From positions 1 through 61,650 of the forward strand of contig JAGBHD010000054.1 of NCBI GenBank assembly GCA_018110785.1: DNA of 61,650 nucleotides, read 5' to 3'. A program made the position numbers and the translations under genes. Below, piece by piece: positions 1 through 10,289 of this stretch (its first letter is position 1; the number at the start of each line of letters is the position of its first letter). The notes under the pieces are model-generated. The model was not told where the DNA came from, did not search any database, and worked only from the letters and a program-made list of their open reading frames with translations. This DNA is from Oscillospiraceae bacterium. Lineage in GTDB: Bacteria; Bacillota; Clostridia; Oscillospirales; JAGBHD01.

Positions 1-630
1 AGAACAAAAATAGCAACTTGCACTACCGACGGCGAAGAAGAGGGCGAATGTGAATCTTGCGGAGAAACGGTTTCTCAAGAGATGGAAGCGCTTGGTCATA
101 GCTTTAACAATTGGGAAACAGAAAAAACAGTTGGCTGCAGCGAAGACGGAAAAGAAATAAGAAGCTGCAAAAGGTGCGGGGAAAAAGAAATTAAAACAAT
201 AGAAGCTAAGGGGCATAAATTCGGCGAAGCCGTAACAGTAAAGGAGCCAACCGAATATGCAGATGGTTTAAAAGAAAGCAAATGCGCCCGTTGCGGCGCG
301 AAGCTAACAGAGATAATCCCCAAGCTTACTTCTTCTGAAAGCAGTGTCCCTCAAATCGAGAGAGAAAACAGCTCGTCGGCGCCGATAAAAGATTCTATTG
401 TATCTGCTCCTATTTTTGAAAAAGAAGAGTCTTTAGCGAAAGAAGAAATAATAAACGATACCGATAAAGAAAATCTATCGCCGAAAAATGAAAAAACTAA
501 AAACAGCGCGGTATGGTATATTATAATACCAATAGCTTTAGTTCTTATTGGAGCAGGAACTGCCGTATTTATAATATTAAAAAGAAAAACAAAGGTTTAT
601 AATCCAACTGAAGAAGAGCTTCCCTTCTAA
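1..630 (+). CDS. Membrane-anchored surface protein with Cys/His repeats, 5'-truncated by the window edge
   Basis: Frame is open from base 1 (RTKIATCTTDGEEEGECESCGE...). About three C/T-x3-G-x5-C-x2-CG...GH repeats, an S/E-rich linker, then a hydrophobic TM segment (AVWYIIIPIALVLIGAGTAVFIIL) followed by KRK. Confidence 0.7.
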   Translation, partial: RTKIATCTTDGEEEGECESCGETVSQEMEALGHSFNNWETEKTVGCSEDGKEIRSCKRCGEKEIKTIEAKGHKFGEAVTVKEPTEYADGLKESKCARCGAKLTEIIPKLTSSESSVPQIERENSSSAPIKDSIVSAPIFEKEESLAKEEIINDTDKENLSPKNEKTKNSAVWYIIIPIALVLIGAGTAVFIILKRKTKVYNPTEEELPF

Positions 631-642
631 GGAAGCTCTTTT
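614..642 (+). terminator. Intrinsic terminator overlapping the stop codon
   Basis: AAGAGCTTCC-CTTCTAA-GGAAGCTCTT-TT hairpin. Confidence 0.7.
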
Positions 643-787
643 GATACCCAAATTGTCGATTTTGGTAGGATATTTGGTGGAATTTATATAAAATTCCTAA
701 AAAACTTTGAATTTATAGATTCAAATTGTTAAAAAGGTAGAAAATCTCAAAAAGCAGGTTTTTTGAGACTAAAATTTAAAAAAATGC

Positions 788-816
788 TTGAAATCGGCGG
801 GAGTTTGCGATATTAT
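788..816 (+). promoter_or_regulatory. SigA promoter of the S10 operon
   Basis: TTGAAA-17 bp-TATTAT, with an overlapping TATAAT at 814-819. Confidence 0.6.
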
Positions 817-820
817 AATA

Positions 821-1106
821 GGGCACGACTGCATGAGTATGCGTTGAAACGGGAGGTTGCGCCAAAAGGTTTGGCGGTTTTTCCGTGGAGTATGTTCGGC
901 TTAAAGCCGAGCGGAAAGTGCAAAATCTTTATTAGGTCTTTCGGAGGAAGTCGCGTTTCAGCGAAACCCGTTCGACAGGCTGGACCAAAAGGTCCCGCGT
1001 TCCGGTTGTTCCGGTTTTTTTAATGAGAAAACCTTGAAACACACGGGGCGGTGTTAAAGATTTTCGCTTCTCCTTATGTAGTGAATCTTTAATAGGAGGA
1101 AAAAAG
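821..1106 (+). promoter_or_regulatory. Long structured S10 (rpsJ) leader, Firmicute S10-leader-like
   Basis: About 285-nt GC-rich 5' UTR. The core at ~841-915 (TGAAACGGGAGGTTGC...TTTCCGTGGAG) resembles, from recall, the conserved Firmicute rpsJ leader. Several hairpins, e.g. TTCGGC-TTAAA-GCCGAG. Confidence 0.6.
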
Positions 1107-1418
1107 ATGGCAGTCAAGGAAAAAATCAGAATCAGACTGAAAGGCTTCGATGCTCAGTTGGTTGACAAATCCGCTGAGAAGATCGTTGAAACCGCTAAGC
1201 GCACAGGCGCAAGAGTAAGCGGTCCGATCCCGCTTCCTACAGATAAGGAAGTTGTTACGATTCTTCGCGCTGTTCATAAATATAAGGATAGCCGCGAGCA
1301 GTTTGAACAGAGAACCCACAAAAGACTCATTGATATTCTTCGTCCGTCTAATAAGACAGTTGAAGCGCTTCAGGGTCTGGAGTTTCCTGCCGGCGTAGAA
1401 ATCGAAATCAAACTTTAA
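1107..1418 (+). CDS. rpsJ: 30S ribosomal protein S10
   Basis: [20 protein letters not shown] motifs; RBS GGAGG. Confidence 0.99.
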   Translation: MAVKEKIRIRLKGFDAQLVDKSAEKIVETAKRTGARVSGPIPLPTDKEVVTILRAVHKYKDSREQFEQRTHKRLIDILRPSNKTVEALQGLEFPAGVEIEIKL

Positions 1419-1522
1419 TTCGATTCGTCGGGGGTCAAGTTGGAAAGAGAGCGGCTGCCCCAATAATGCCGGGGACAGAAAACGCGTCTATCCAACCAAT
1501 AACCTTAAGGAGGTAAAATGTT

Positions 1523-2155
1523 ATGAAGAAAGGCATCATCGGTAAAAAAGTTGGTATGACTCAGCTTTTTGACGAAAAGGGAAAGATCATCCCTGTTACC
1601 GTTATCGAGGCAGGTCCCTGCCCCGTAGTTCAGAAGAAAACTTCTGAAAACGACGGATACGAATCGGTTCAGTTAGGCTTTGAGGATATGACCTCTAAGC
1701 ACACAAACAAACCCCTCAAAGGACACTTTGAGAAAGCAGGTGTTGCTGCAAAGAAACACCTCAAAGAATTCCGCTTGGATGACTGCGCTGCATTAAATGT
1801 TGGCGATATCATCAAAGCAGATACTTTCGCAGTAGGCGATAAGGTTGATGTTTCGGGCGTTTCCAAAGGTAAAGGTTTCGCAGGAACAATCAAGCGCTAT
1901 GGCAACAAGAGCTTAAAGGCTACTCACGGTACAGGTCCTGTTGCTCGTGAGGCTGGTTCTATGGGTGCTATCAGCGATCCGTCCCGTGTATTCAAAGGAA
2001 AGGGACTTCCTGGCCACATGGGCGCTGAGAATGTTACCGTTCAGAATCTTGATGTTGTTAAGGTTGATGCTGAAAACAACCTGATAGTTCTCCGCGGAGC
2101 AATCCCGGGACCTAAGGGCGGCGTTGTTGTTATCACCGACAGCGTTAAGGCCTAA
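1523..2155 (+). CDS. rplC: 50S ribosomal protein L3
   Basis: [16 protein letters not shown] motifs; operon order. Confidence 0.99.
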   Translation: MKKGIIGKKVGMTQLFDEKGKIIPVTVIEAGPCPVVQKKTSENDGYESVQLGFEDMTSKHTNKPLKGHFEKAGVAAKKHLKEFRLDDCAALNVGDIIKADTFAVGDKVDVSGVSKGKGFAGTIKRYGNKSLKATHGTGPVAREAGSMGAISDPSRVFKGKGLPGHMGAENVTVQNLDVVKVDAENNLIVLRGAIPGPKGGVVVITDSVKA

Positions 2156-2172
2156 GGGAAGGAGGAGTTATA

Positions 2173-2799
2173 ATGCCAGAGATTAAAGTTTTTGATATGA
2201 GCGGCAAAGAAGTTGGCTCTCTCACCCTTAACGATAAGATTTTCGGAATTACTCCGAATGTTCATGTTATGCATGAGGCAGTCAGACTCTATCTTGCCAA
2301 TCAGAGACAAGGTACACAGAGCACATTAACCCGCGCGGAAGTTTCCGGCGGCGGACGTAAGCCTTGGAGACAGAAGGGAACAGGTCATGCTCGTCAGGGC
2401 TCGACAAGATCTCCTCAGTGGACTCATGGCGGTATTGCGCTCGGACCGAAGCCGAGAGATTATGGCTTCGATTTAAACAAAAAGGTAAAGAGACTTGCTC
2501 TTTGCTCTGCTCTTTCCTCTAAAGTTTCTTCGAACGAGCTTATCGTTGTTGAAGGACTTAAGATGGACGAATACAAAACCAAAACAATGGTTAATATGTT
2601 CGCTTCTTTAGATGCAGGCAAAAAGCCCTTGTTAGTTTTAGATGCAGTTGATAATTATGTTATCAAGAGCGCTGCTAACATTGAGGGAGCTAAATCTGCT
2701 CTTTACAACACATTGAATGTTTACGACATTCTCAACAGCAGCAAAATGGTAGTTTCTAAGGAAGCTCTTCTGAAAATCGAGGAGGTGTATTCCAAATGA
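2173..2799 (+). CDS. rplD: 50S ribosomal protein L4
   Basis: [19 protein letters not shown] motif. Confidence 0.99.
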   Translation: MPEIKVFDMSGKEVGSLTLNDKIFGITPNVHVMHEAVRLYLANQRQGTQSTLTRAEVSGGGRKPWRQKGTGHARQGSTRSPQWTHGGIALGPKPRDYGFDLNKKVKRLALCSALSSKVSSNELIVVEGLKMDEYKTKTMVNMFASLDAGKKPLLVLDAVDNYVIKSAANIEGAKSALYNTLNVYDILNSSKMVVSKEALLKIEEVYSK

Positions 2800-3089
2800 A
2801 GTATGCTCAGGATATTATCTTAAAGCCGATTATTACAGAGCGTTCTATGGAGAAGATTGCTGATAAGGTTTATACCTTTAAGGTAGCTGTAGATGCAGGA
2901 AAGATCGAAATTGCGAAAGCGGTTGAAGAGATTTTCGATGTTAAGGTTGCTTCGGTTAATACAATTAACTGCAAAGGCAAACAGAAGAGAATGGGCGCTT
3001 CTGTTGGATACCGTTCCGACTGGAAGAAAGCCATCGTAACCCTGAAAGCAGATTCGAAGCCGATCGCGTTCTTCGAGAGCATGGTATAA
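2796..3089 (+). CDS. rplW: 50S ribosomal protein L23
   Basis: [15 protein letters not shown] motifs. Confidence 0.98.
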   Translation: MKYAQDIILKPIITERSMEKIADKVYTFKVAVDAGKIEIAKAVEEIFDVKVASVNTINCKGKQKRMGASVGYRSDWKKAIVTLKADSKPIAFFESMV

Positions 3090-3188
3090 GAAACAGGGGT
3101 TTCGCTGAAATTTCAGCGAAATAGCAAAGTATGGAGCCCACCATTAAGAGGCTTCGCAAAAGCAAATAAAAAAGGAGAGTGAAACTTC

Positions 3189-4018
3189 ATGGCAATTAAG
3201 ACTTATAAGCCTACAACACCTGCCAGAAGATCTATGACATCCACTGATTACAGCGGTTTGTCCAAAGTAGCTCCCGAAAAAAGCTTGCTCTCGGTAGTCA
3301 AGAATAAATCGGGTAGAAACAGCTACGGAAGAATTACCGTTCGTCATCGCGGCGGTAAAAACAAGGTAAAATACCGTATTATTGATTTCAAGCGCAACAA
3401 ATTTGATATTCCCGCAACAGTTATGACTTTAGAATACGATCCTAACCGTTCGGCACATATCGCGCTTTTGAAGTATGAAGACGGGGAAAAGAGATACATT
3501 CTCGCTCCCGACGGTCTCAAGGTTGGAGATACTGTTGTAGCAGGAACAACAGCTGATATTAAGCCCGGAAATGCGCTTCCGCTTTCCTCTATTCCTGTTG
3601 GTACAGTTATCCACAACATCGAGCTTTATCCCGGAAAGGGCGCGCAGCTTGTTCGCTCTGCAGGAAATATGGCTCAGCTCATGGCTAAAGAGGGTGCTTA
3701 CGCACTTCTCCGTCTCCCCTCTGGAGAGCTCAGAAATGTTCCCGCTAACTGCATGGCAACAATCGGACAGGTTGGTAACACTGACCACGAAAACGTTTCC
3801 ATCGGTAAAGCCGGAAGAAAACGCCACATGGGCTGGCGTCCCACAGTTCGCGGTTCTGTAATGAACCCGTGTGATCACCCGCACGGTGGTGGTGAAGGTA
3901 AATCACCTATCGGTCGTCCGGGACCTGTTACTCCGTGGGGCAAGCCTGCTTTGGGTTACAAGACAAGAAGCAAGAAAACCGCTCAGACAAGTTTATTGTC
4001 AAGCGCCGCAGCAAGTAG
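3189..4018 (+). CDS. rplB: 50S ribosomal protein L2 (apparent 1-bp deletion near the 3' end; as assembled the ORF runs to 4055)
   Basis: [21 protein letters not shown] motifs. Adding one A to the run at 3975-3978 restores the canonical tail [15 protein letters not shown] with TAG at 4016-4018. Confidence 0.97.
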
Positions 4019-4039
4019 TGCTGAAAGGAGGCAGTTAAT

Positions 4040-4321
4040 TTGGGTAGAAGCGTAAAGAAGGGACCTTATGTTGAAGAGTCTCTTATGAAAAAAGTTATCG
4101 CTATGAATGAATCGGGCGAAAAACGCGTTGTTAAAACATGGAGCAGAGCTTCCACAATTTTCCCCGAATTCGTAGGACACACATTCGCTGTCCATGACGG
4201 ACGCAAACATGTTCCGGTATATGTTACCGAGGATATGGTAGGACACAAACTTGGTGAGTTCGCTCCCACAAGAACCTACAAAGGTCATGCAGGAAGCAAG
4301 ACCAGCAATAACGGAAACTAA
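4040..4321 (+). CDS. rpsS: 30S ribosomal protein S19
   Basis: [21 protein letters not shown]; TTG start with AGGAGG RBS. Confidence 0.99.
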   Translation: MGRSVKKGPYVEESLMKKVIAMNESGEKRVVKTWSRASTIFPEFVGHTFAVHDGRKHVPVYVTEDMVGHKLGEFAPTRTYKGHAGSKTSNNGN

Positions 4322-4346
4322 GGTTAACCGGAAGGAGGATTTTTAA

Positions 4347-4682
4347 ATGGAAGCAAGGGCTATTTTACGGCATGCCCGTATAGCAACCAGAAAAGTACAA
4401 ATCGTACTTGATTTAATAAGAAATCAGCCGGTTGACAAGGCAAGGGCTATCTTAAAGCATACCCCTAAAGCCGCCAGCGAATTACTTATTAAACTTTTGG
4501 ATTCGGCTAAAGCAAATGCTGAAAATAATTTCAGCATGAGCAAAGACGCTCTCTATGTTGCAGAGTGCTTTGTAACACCGGGTCCCACACTGAAGAGAAT
4601 CCATCCCAGAGCACGAGGCAGTGCGAACAGAATTCTGAAAAGAACTTCGCACATCACCTTGGTACTCAAGGAGAAGGAATAA
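4347..4682 (+). CDS. rplV: 50S ribosomal protein L22
   Basis: PRARG...ILKRTSHIT motif. Confidence 0.99.
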   Translation: MEARAILRHARIATRKVQIVLDLIRNQPVDKARAILKHTPKAASELLIKLLDSAKANAENNFSMSKDALYVAECFVTPGPTLKRIHPRARGSANRILKRTSHITLVLKEKE

Positions 4683-4701
4683 GCTGAAGAGGAGGTAGAT
4701 T

Positions 4702-5367
4702 ATGGGACAGAAAGTTAACCCGCATGGATTAAGAGTGGGCGTAATCAAAGATTGGGATTCCCGTTGGTTTGCTAACGACAGCGTCTTCGGTGATACTCTC
4801 GTTGAGGATTACAATCTGCGTAAATTTCTTAAGAAAAAGTTATATTCCGCAGGTGTTCCGCGCATCGAAATCGAGCGCGATGCTAACAAGGTTAAGATCG
4901 CTATCCACTGCGCAAAGCCCGGTATGGTTATCGGTAAAGGCGGCGCAGAGATAGAGAAATTAAAAGCAGAATGCGCAAAAATGATTGGAAAGCCCGTTTT
5001 AGTCAATATAGTTGAGATCAAGAACATTGATACAAATGCACAGCTCGTTGCTGAATCAATCGCATCTCAGTTGGAAAGACGTATTTCCTTCAGAAGAGCA
5101 TTAAAACAGTCTATCGGAAGAACAATGAATGCAGGCGCTAGAGGTATTAAAGCGCAGGTATCCGGCCGTTTGGGCGGTGCTGAAATTGCAAGAAGCGAAT
5201 CGTATCACGAAGGTACTATTCCGCTCCAGACAATTCGTGCAGACATTGATTACGGATTTGCTGAAGCAAACACAACCTACGGCAAAATCGGCGTTAAGGT
5301 TTGGGTTTACAAAGGCGAAGTTCTTTCCGATAACAGAAAACCCCAGAAGGAAGGGGGCAGAAAATAA
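4702..5367 (+). CDS. rpsC: 30S ribosomal protein S3
   Basis: [21 protein letters not shown] motifs. Confidence 0.99.
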   Translation: MGQKVNPHGLRVGVIKDWDSRWFANDSVFGDTLVEDYNLRKFLKKKLYSAGVPRIEIERDANKVKIAIHCAKPGMVIGKGGAEIEKLKAECAKMIGKPVLVNIVEIKNIDTNAQLVAESIASQLERRISFRRALKQSIGRTMNAGARGIKAQVSGRLGGAEIARSESYHEGTIPLQTIRADIDYGFAEANTTYGKIGVKVWVYKGEVLSDNRKPQKEGGRK

Positions 5368-5789
5368 TGTTATTGCCGAAAAGAGTTAAATACAGAAGAG
5401 TCCAGAGAGGACGTCTTAAAGGTAAAGCCATGAGAGGCAATACCGTTACCTATGGCCAGTTCGGTTTGCAGGCTTTAGAGCCCGCATGGATAACATCCAA
5501 CCAGATTGAAGCTGCCCGTATCGCGATGACTCGTTATACAAAGCGCGGCGGTCAGGTTTGGATCAAAATATTCCCCGACAAGCCGGTAACACAAAAGCCT
5601 GCTGAAACACGAATGGGTTCCGGTAAAGGTTCTCCCGAATATTGGGTAGCCGTTGTTAAGCCCGGAAGAGTTATGTTCGAAATCGGCGGTGTTTCGGAAG
5701 AGGTTGCGCGCGAGGCTCTTCGTCTTGCTATGCACAAACTCCCGATTAAGTGCAAGTTTGTAAAGAAGGAAGAAACGGAGGTTCAGTAA
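5367..5789 (+). CDS. rplP: 50S ribosomal protein L16
   Basis: [17 protein letters not shown] motifs. Confidence 0.99.
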   Translation: MLLPKRVKYRRVQRGRLKGKAMRGNTVTYGQFGLQALEPAWITSNQIEAARIAMTRYTKRGGQVWIKIFPDKPVTQKPAETRMGSGKGSPEYWVAVVKPGRVMFEIGGVSEEVAREALRLAMHKLPIKCKFVKKEETEVQ

Positions 5790-5790
5790 T

Positions 5791-5991
5791 ATGAAAATTT
5801 CTGAAATTAGAGAACTTTCTTCAGCAGAACTCAATGAAAAGCTTGAAGAAAGCAAAAAAGAGCTTTTTAACCTGCGTTTCCAGCTTGCTATAAATCAGCT
5901 TGAAAACCCGATGAGAATCAGAGCAGTGAGAAAAGACATTGCGAAGATCAAAACGGTTTTGCGTGAGCTCGAGCTCAAAAATGAGCAGTAA
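5791..5991 (+). CDS. rpmC: 50S ribosomal protein L29
   Basis: ELFNLRFQ...LENP..IR motif. Confidence 0.98.
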   Translation: MKISEIRELSSAELNEKLEESKKELFNLRFQLAINQLENPMRIRAVRKDIAKIKTVLRELELKNEQ

Positions 5992-6014
5992 TGGGAATGG
6001 AGGAAAATTTTACG

Positions 6015-6272
6015 ATGAGCGAAAGAAACCTCAGAAAAACAAGAGTGGGTATAGTTGTTAGCGACAAGATGGACAAGACAATCGTTGTTGCAGTTAAAGA
6101 CAATGTTACACATCCGCTTTATAAAAAGATCATCAAGCGTACAGTTAAATTCAAGGCGCACGATGAAAACAATGAGTGCTCTGTCGGCGACCGCGTTTCC
6201 ATTATGGAGACTCGTCCTTTGTCCAAAGACAAGAGATGGAGACTTGTAAAGATTATTGAAAAAGCTAAATAA
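6015..6272 (+). CDS. rpsQ: 30S ribosomal protein S17
   Basis: [23 protein letters not shown]. Start moved to ATG 6015, downstream of GGAGG. Confidence 0.98.
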   Translation: MSERNLRKTRVGIVVSDKMDKTIVVAVKDNVTHPLYKKIIKRTVKFKAHDENNECSVGDRVSIMETRPLSKDKRWRLVKIIEKAK

Positions 6273-6302
6273 TTTTCGTAAAACCGAAAGGAGGAACGCT
6301 CT

Positions 6303-6671
6303 GTGATACAGATGCAGACCTACCTCAAAGTGGCAGACAACACCGGTGCAAAAGAACTTATGTGCATTCGTGTGCTTGGAGGTTCACGCAGGAGGTACGC
6401 CAATATAGGTGATGTTATCGTTGCTACGGTTAAAAAAGCAGCACCCGGCGGCGTTGTGAAAAAAGGTGAAGTTGTTAAAGCAGTTATCGTTCGTTCTGTA
6501 AAAGGCGTTCGTCGCGATGACGGAAGCTATATCAGATTCGATGAGAATGCTGCAGTTATTATCAAAGAAGACAAGAACCCGAAAGGAACTCGTATTTTCG
6601 GGCCTGTCGCAAGAGAGCTTAGAGATAAGGATTATATGAAGATTCTTTCCCTTGCTCCCGAAGTACTTTAA
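6303..6671 (+). CDS. rplN: 50S ribosomal protein L14
   Basis: [19 protein letters not shown]; GTG start. Confidence 0.99.
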   Translation: MIQMQTYLKVADNTGAKELMCIRVLGGSRRRYANIGDVIVATVKKAAPGGVVKKGEVVKAVIVRSVKGVRRDDGSYIRFDENAAVIIKEDKNPKGTRIFGPVARELRDKDYMKILSLAPEVL

Positions 6672-6686
6672 GGAGGTGCTACCAGA

Positions 6687-7010
6687 ATGAATAAGGTTCA
6701 TGTTAAAACCGGAGATACCGTAGTAATTCTTTCCGGCGATGATAAAGGTAACACCGGCAAGGTACTCGCAGTTAGCCCCAAAGAGGGTAAAGTTATTATC
6801 GAGGGAAGAAACCTCGTTACAAAGCACGTAAAACCCCGCAGAATGGGCGAGCAGGGCGGCATAGTTAAGGCTGAGGCTGCTATCTATGCTTCCAAGGTTC
6901 AGCTCGTTTGCCCCAGCTGCAATAAGCCTACCAGAATCGCTCATAAGATTTTAGAGGACGGCAGCAAGGTTCGCGTGTGCAAAAATCCGAAGTGCGGAAA
7001 AACATTCTAA
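6687..7010 (+). CDS. rplX: 50S ribosomal protein L24
   Basis: KOW motif [13 protein letters not shown]; C-terminal CPSC...CKNPKC. Confidence 0.98.
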   Translation: MNKVHVKTGDTVVILSGDDKGNTGKVLAVSPKEGKVIIEGRNLVTKHVKPRRMGEQGGIVKAEAAIYASKVQLVCPSCNKPTRIAHKILEDGSKVRVCKNPKCGKTF

Positions 7011-7024
7011 GTGGAGGAATAAAA

Positions 7025-7564
7025 ATGGCAATTCTTAAAGAGATATATGCTAAAGATGTAGCGCCTGCTTTAATGCAGAAGTTCGGTTACAAAAGCGTAA
7101 TGCAGATTCCGAAGCTTGAGAAGGTTATTGTTAACGTTGGCTCGGGAGAGGCAAAAGACAATGACAAAATGGTTGACGCTATCATGAATGATCTCGCTTT
7201 AATTACCGGACAGAGAGCAGTTAAATGTATTTCGAAGAAGTCCGTTGCGAACTTCAAGCTTCGTGCAGGACAGGTAATCGGATGCAGAGTTACTCTCCGC
7301 GGCGAGAAAATGTATGAGTTTGTTTACAAGCTCTTCAATCTCGCTCTTCCCCGAGTAAGAGACTTCCATGGCATCAGCGCTAACTCGTTTGACGGCAGAG
7401 GAAACTACAACTTCGGTATCAAGGAACAGCTTATTTTCCCTGAAATCGAATATGACAAGATTGATAAGGTACGCGGCATGGACATTGCATTTGTTACAAC
7501 CGCTAATACCGACGAAGAAGCTAAAGAGCTGCTCACATTATTGGGCGCTCCGTTCGAGAAATAA
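7025..7564 (+). CDS. rplE: 50S ribosomal protein L5
   Basis: [24 protein letters not shown]. Start at ATG 7025 after GGAGG. Confidence 0.99.
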   Translation: MAILKEIYAKDVAPALMQKFGYKSVMQIPKLEKVIVNVGSGEAKDNDKMVDAIMNDLALITGQRAVKCISKKSVANFKLRAGQVIGCRVTLRGEKMYEFVYKLFNLALPRVRDFHGISANSFDGRGNYNFGIKEQLIFPEIEYDKIDKVRGMDIAFVTTANTDEEAKELLTLLGAPFEK

Positions 7565-7577
7565 GGAGGGGTGAATT

Positions 7578-7763
7578 GTGGCAAAGACTTCAATGAAAAT
7601 TAAACAGCAGAGAGAGCCCAAGTACTCTACTCGTGCTTATAATCGCTGCAAGATTTGCGGCAGACCCCATGCTTATCTTCGCAAATATGGTATTTGCCGT
7701 ATATGCTTTAGAGAATTAGCCTACAAGGGCGAAATTCCGGGCGTTAAAAAGGCAAGCTGGTAA
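7578..7763 (+). CDS. rpsZ: 30S ribosomal protein S14 type Z (Zn-binding)
   Basis: 61 aa, CKICGR...CRICFRE. Confidence 0.98.
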   Translation: MAKTSMKIKQQREPKYSTRAYNRCKICGRPHAYLRKYGICRICFRELAYKGEIPGVKKASW

Positions 7764-7785
7764 AAATAGCAAAGGAGGTTACAGC

Positions 7786-8184
7786 ATGCAAATCACCGAT
7801 GCAATTGCAGATATGCTGACCAGAATCAGGAACGCTAATTCTGCTAAACATGATACGGTTGATATTCCCGCATCAAATATTAAAAAATCAATAGCTAAAA
7901 TATTAGCTGATGAAGGCTATATCACCTCTTATGAGGTAATTGATGACAACAAGCAGGGAGTTATCCGCATTACTTTGAAATACGGCGAGAACCGTTCTCA
8001 GGTAATTACGGGACTTCGCAGAGTGTCTAAGCCCGGCCTTCGTATTTATACAAGCTGTGAGGATATGCCTAAGGTTATGAAGGGACTTGGTACCGCCATT
8101 CTCTCTACTCCTAAGGGCATCTTAACCGACAAGGAAGCAAGAAAGCTCAATGTCGGCGGAGAAGTTCTCGCGTTCATTTGGTAA
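7786..8184 (+). CDS. rpsH: 30S ribosomal protein S8
   Basis: [21 protein letters not shown] motifs. Confidence 0.99.
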   Translation: MQITDAIADMLTRIRNANSAKHDTVDIPASNIKKSIAKILADEGYITSYEVIDDNKQGVIRITLKYGENRSQVITGLRRVSKPGLRIYTSCEDMPKVMKGLGTAILSTPKGILTDKEARKLNVGGEVLAFIW

Positions 8185-8196
8185 GGAGGATTTTCA

Positions 8197-8745
8197 ATGT
8201 CAAGAATAGGTAGAAAGCCGATTGCTGTTCCTGCCGGTGTTGATGTTAAAATCGATGGAAACATCCTTACCGTTAAAGGCGCAAAAGGTACACTCACAAA
8301 AGAATTTCACAAGGACATGATCATTGAAAGAGAAGGCGATGAAATCATCGTTAAGCGTCCCAGTGAAAACAAAATGCACAAATCGCTTCACGGACTCACC
8401 CGCACACTCGTTAACAATATGATTGTTGGTGTTTCCGAAGGCTATAGCAAAACTCTCGAGGTTAACGGTGTTGGTTACCGTGTAGCAATGCAGGGCAAAA
8501 ACCTTGTTATGAACCTCGGATATTCACATCAGGTAATCATGGCTGAGCCGGAAGGCATCAAAATCGAAGTTCCCAATCCGAACTCGATTGTTATCTCCGG
8601 TGCAGACAAACAGCAAGTTGGTCAGTTTGCTGCTGAGGTTAGAGAAAAACGTCCGCCGGAACCCTACAAGGGCAAAGGAATCAAATATGCTGATGAGCAT
8701 ATTATCCGCAAAGAGGGTAAAGCCGGTAAGGGTGCTAAGAAATAA
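8197..8745 (+). CDS. rplF: 50S ribosomal protein L6
   Basis: MSRIG, PEPYKGKGIKY motifs. Confidence 0.99.
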   Translation: MSRIGRKPIAVPAGVDVKIDGNILTVKGAKGTLTKEFHKDMIIEREGDEIIVKRPSENKMHKSLHGLTRTLVNNMIVGVSEGYSKTLEVNGVGYRVAMQGKNLVMNLGYSHQVIMAEPEGIKIEVPNPNSIVISGADKQQVGQFAAEVREKRPPEPYKGKGIKYADEHIIRKEGKAGKGAKK

Positions 8746-8763
8746 TCAAAGGAGAAAAGTTTC

Positions 8764-9123
8764 ATGATAACAAAGAAGGACAAAGCCGCTTTAAGAGCAA
8801 AAAGACATCTTCGTGTCAGAAGCAAAATAAGCGGAACAACAGAGTGTCCGAGACTTTGCGTTTACCGTTCTAATAAGAACATAAGCGCTCAGATCATCGA
8901 TGACATCAAGGGTGTTACATTAGTCAGCGCTTCTTCCGTAGAGAAGGATTTCTCCGGTCTTGGCTCCAATAAAGATGCTGCTAAAAAGGTTGGAGAGCTC
9001 GTTGCAAAGAGAGCGCTCGACAAAGGCATTGAAGAGGTCGTTTTTGACCGCGGCGGATTTATTTTCCACGGCAGAGTAGCTGCTCTTGCCGAAGGTGCCC
9101 GCGAAAGCGGACTTAAGTTCTAA
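8764..9123 (+). CDS. rplR: 50S ribosomal protein L18
   Basis: [19 protein letters not shown] motifs. Confidence 0.99.
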   Translation: MITKKDKAALRAKRHLRVRSKISGTTECPRLCVYRSNKNISAQIIDDIKGVTLVSASSVEKDFSGLGSNKDAAKKVGELVAKRALDKGIEEVVFDRGGFIFHGRVAALAEGARESGLKF

Positions 9124-9138
9124 TCAGGAGGGATAACT

Positions 9139-9639
9139 TTGGCTAAGATGGATGCAGCTAATTCCAATTATATTGAAAAGGTCGTTTTCCTTAACCGCGT
9201 TGCTAAGACCGTTAAGGGTGGACGTATCTACAAGTTCGCAGCTTTAGTTGTTGTCGGCGACGGCAACGGAACTGTTGGCTACGGACTCGGTAAGGCTTCT
9301 GAGGTTCCGGATGCTATTCGCAAGGGAATTGAAGACGCTAAGAAAAATCTCATTAAGGTTTCTCTTAAAGGAACAACTATTCCTCATGAAATCATCGGCG
9401 CTTACGGCGCAGGCAGAGTTTTGATGAAACCCGCAGCACCCGGTACCGGAGTTATTGCCGGCGGTGCAGTTCGTGCAGTTGTTGAAGCAGCAGGAATTAA
9501 GGATATCAGAACAAAATCTCTTCGTTCTAACAACCCCAACAATGTTGTTAAGGCTGCTTTCGCAGGCTTGGCTTCCTTAAGAAGCTTAGAAGAGGTTGCT
9601 GCAGTTCGCGGCAAAAGCCCGAAAGAGATTTTAGGTTAA
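9139..9639 (+). CDS. rpsE: 30S ribosomal protein S5
   Basis: [19 protein letters not shown]; TTG start. Confidence 0.99.
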   Translation: MAKMDAANSNYIEKVVFLNRVAKTVKGGRIYKFAALVVVGDGNGTVGYGLGKASEVPDAIRKGIEDAKKNLIKVSLKGTTIPHEIIGAYGAGRVLMKPAAPGTGVIAGGAVRAVVEAAGIKDIRTKSLRSNNPNNVVKAAFAGLASLRSLEEVAAVRGKSPKEILG

Positions 9640-9648
9640 GGAGGAAGA

Positions 9649-9831
9649 ATGATGGCACAGTTAAAGATAAAGCTTGTTAAGAGCTTAAACGGCCGCAAGG
9701 CAGATCAGATCGCAACTGCTCATTCTCTCGGACTTAAAAAGATCGGTGCTGAAACAGTTCAGCCTGATAATGAGCAAACAAGAGGAAAAATCAACAAGAT
9801 TTCCTTTTTAATCGAAGTAAACAAAGCATAA
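9649..9831 (+). CDS. rpmD: 50S ribosomal protein L30
   Basis: LKIKLVKS..G...SLGL pattern; position between rpsE and rplO. Confidence 0.97.
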   Translation: MMAQLKIKLVKSLNGRKADQIATAHSLGLKKIGAETVQPDNEQTRGKINKISFLIEVNKA

Positions 9832-9847
9832 ATAAGGAGGTGCCAAT

Positions 9848-10288
9848 ATGAAACTGCATGAGCTTTCTCCGGCTCCCGGTTCTGTTAAAGACGTGTTCAG
9901 AAAAGGACGCGGCGCAGGCAGCGGTAACGGAAAAACAGCAGGTAAAGGCCACAAAGGTCAGAACGCACGCAGCGGCGGTGGTGTTCGTCCGGGCTTTGAA
10001 GGCGGACAGATGCCTTTAAGCCGAGTAATTCCTAAGCGTGGCTTTGTTAATATTTTCGCAACAAAATTAGCTATCGTTAATGTTTCCGATCTCGAAAGAT
10101 TTGAAGACGGAGCAGTTATCGACGATAAGGCAATTATCGAAGCAGGCATAATTAAGAAGCCTCTCGATGGCATCAAAGTCCTTGGTAGAGGTGAAATAAC
10201 CAAAAAACTTACTGTTAAAACAACAGCAATTTCTGAAACTGCTAAGGCAAAAATTGAAGCAGCAGGCGGGAAAGTAGAGGTGGAATAA
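9848..10288 (+). CDS. rplO: 50S ribosomal protein L15
   Basis: [19 protein letters not shown] motifs. Confidence 0.99.
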   Translation: MKLHELSPAPGSVKDVFRKGRGAGSGNGKTAGKGHKGQNARSGGGVRPGFEGGQMPLSRVIPKRGFVNIFATKLAIVNVSDLERFEDGAVIDDKAIIEAGIIKKPLDGIKVLGRGEITKKLTVKTTAISETAKAKIEAAGGKVEVE

Positions 10289-10289
10289 G

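Noticed and set aside
763-1023. 86-aa ORF upstream of rpsJ
   Set aside because: It spans the promoter and structured leader, has no RBS and no recognisable motif.
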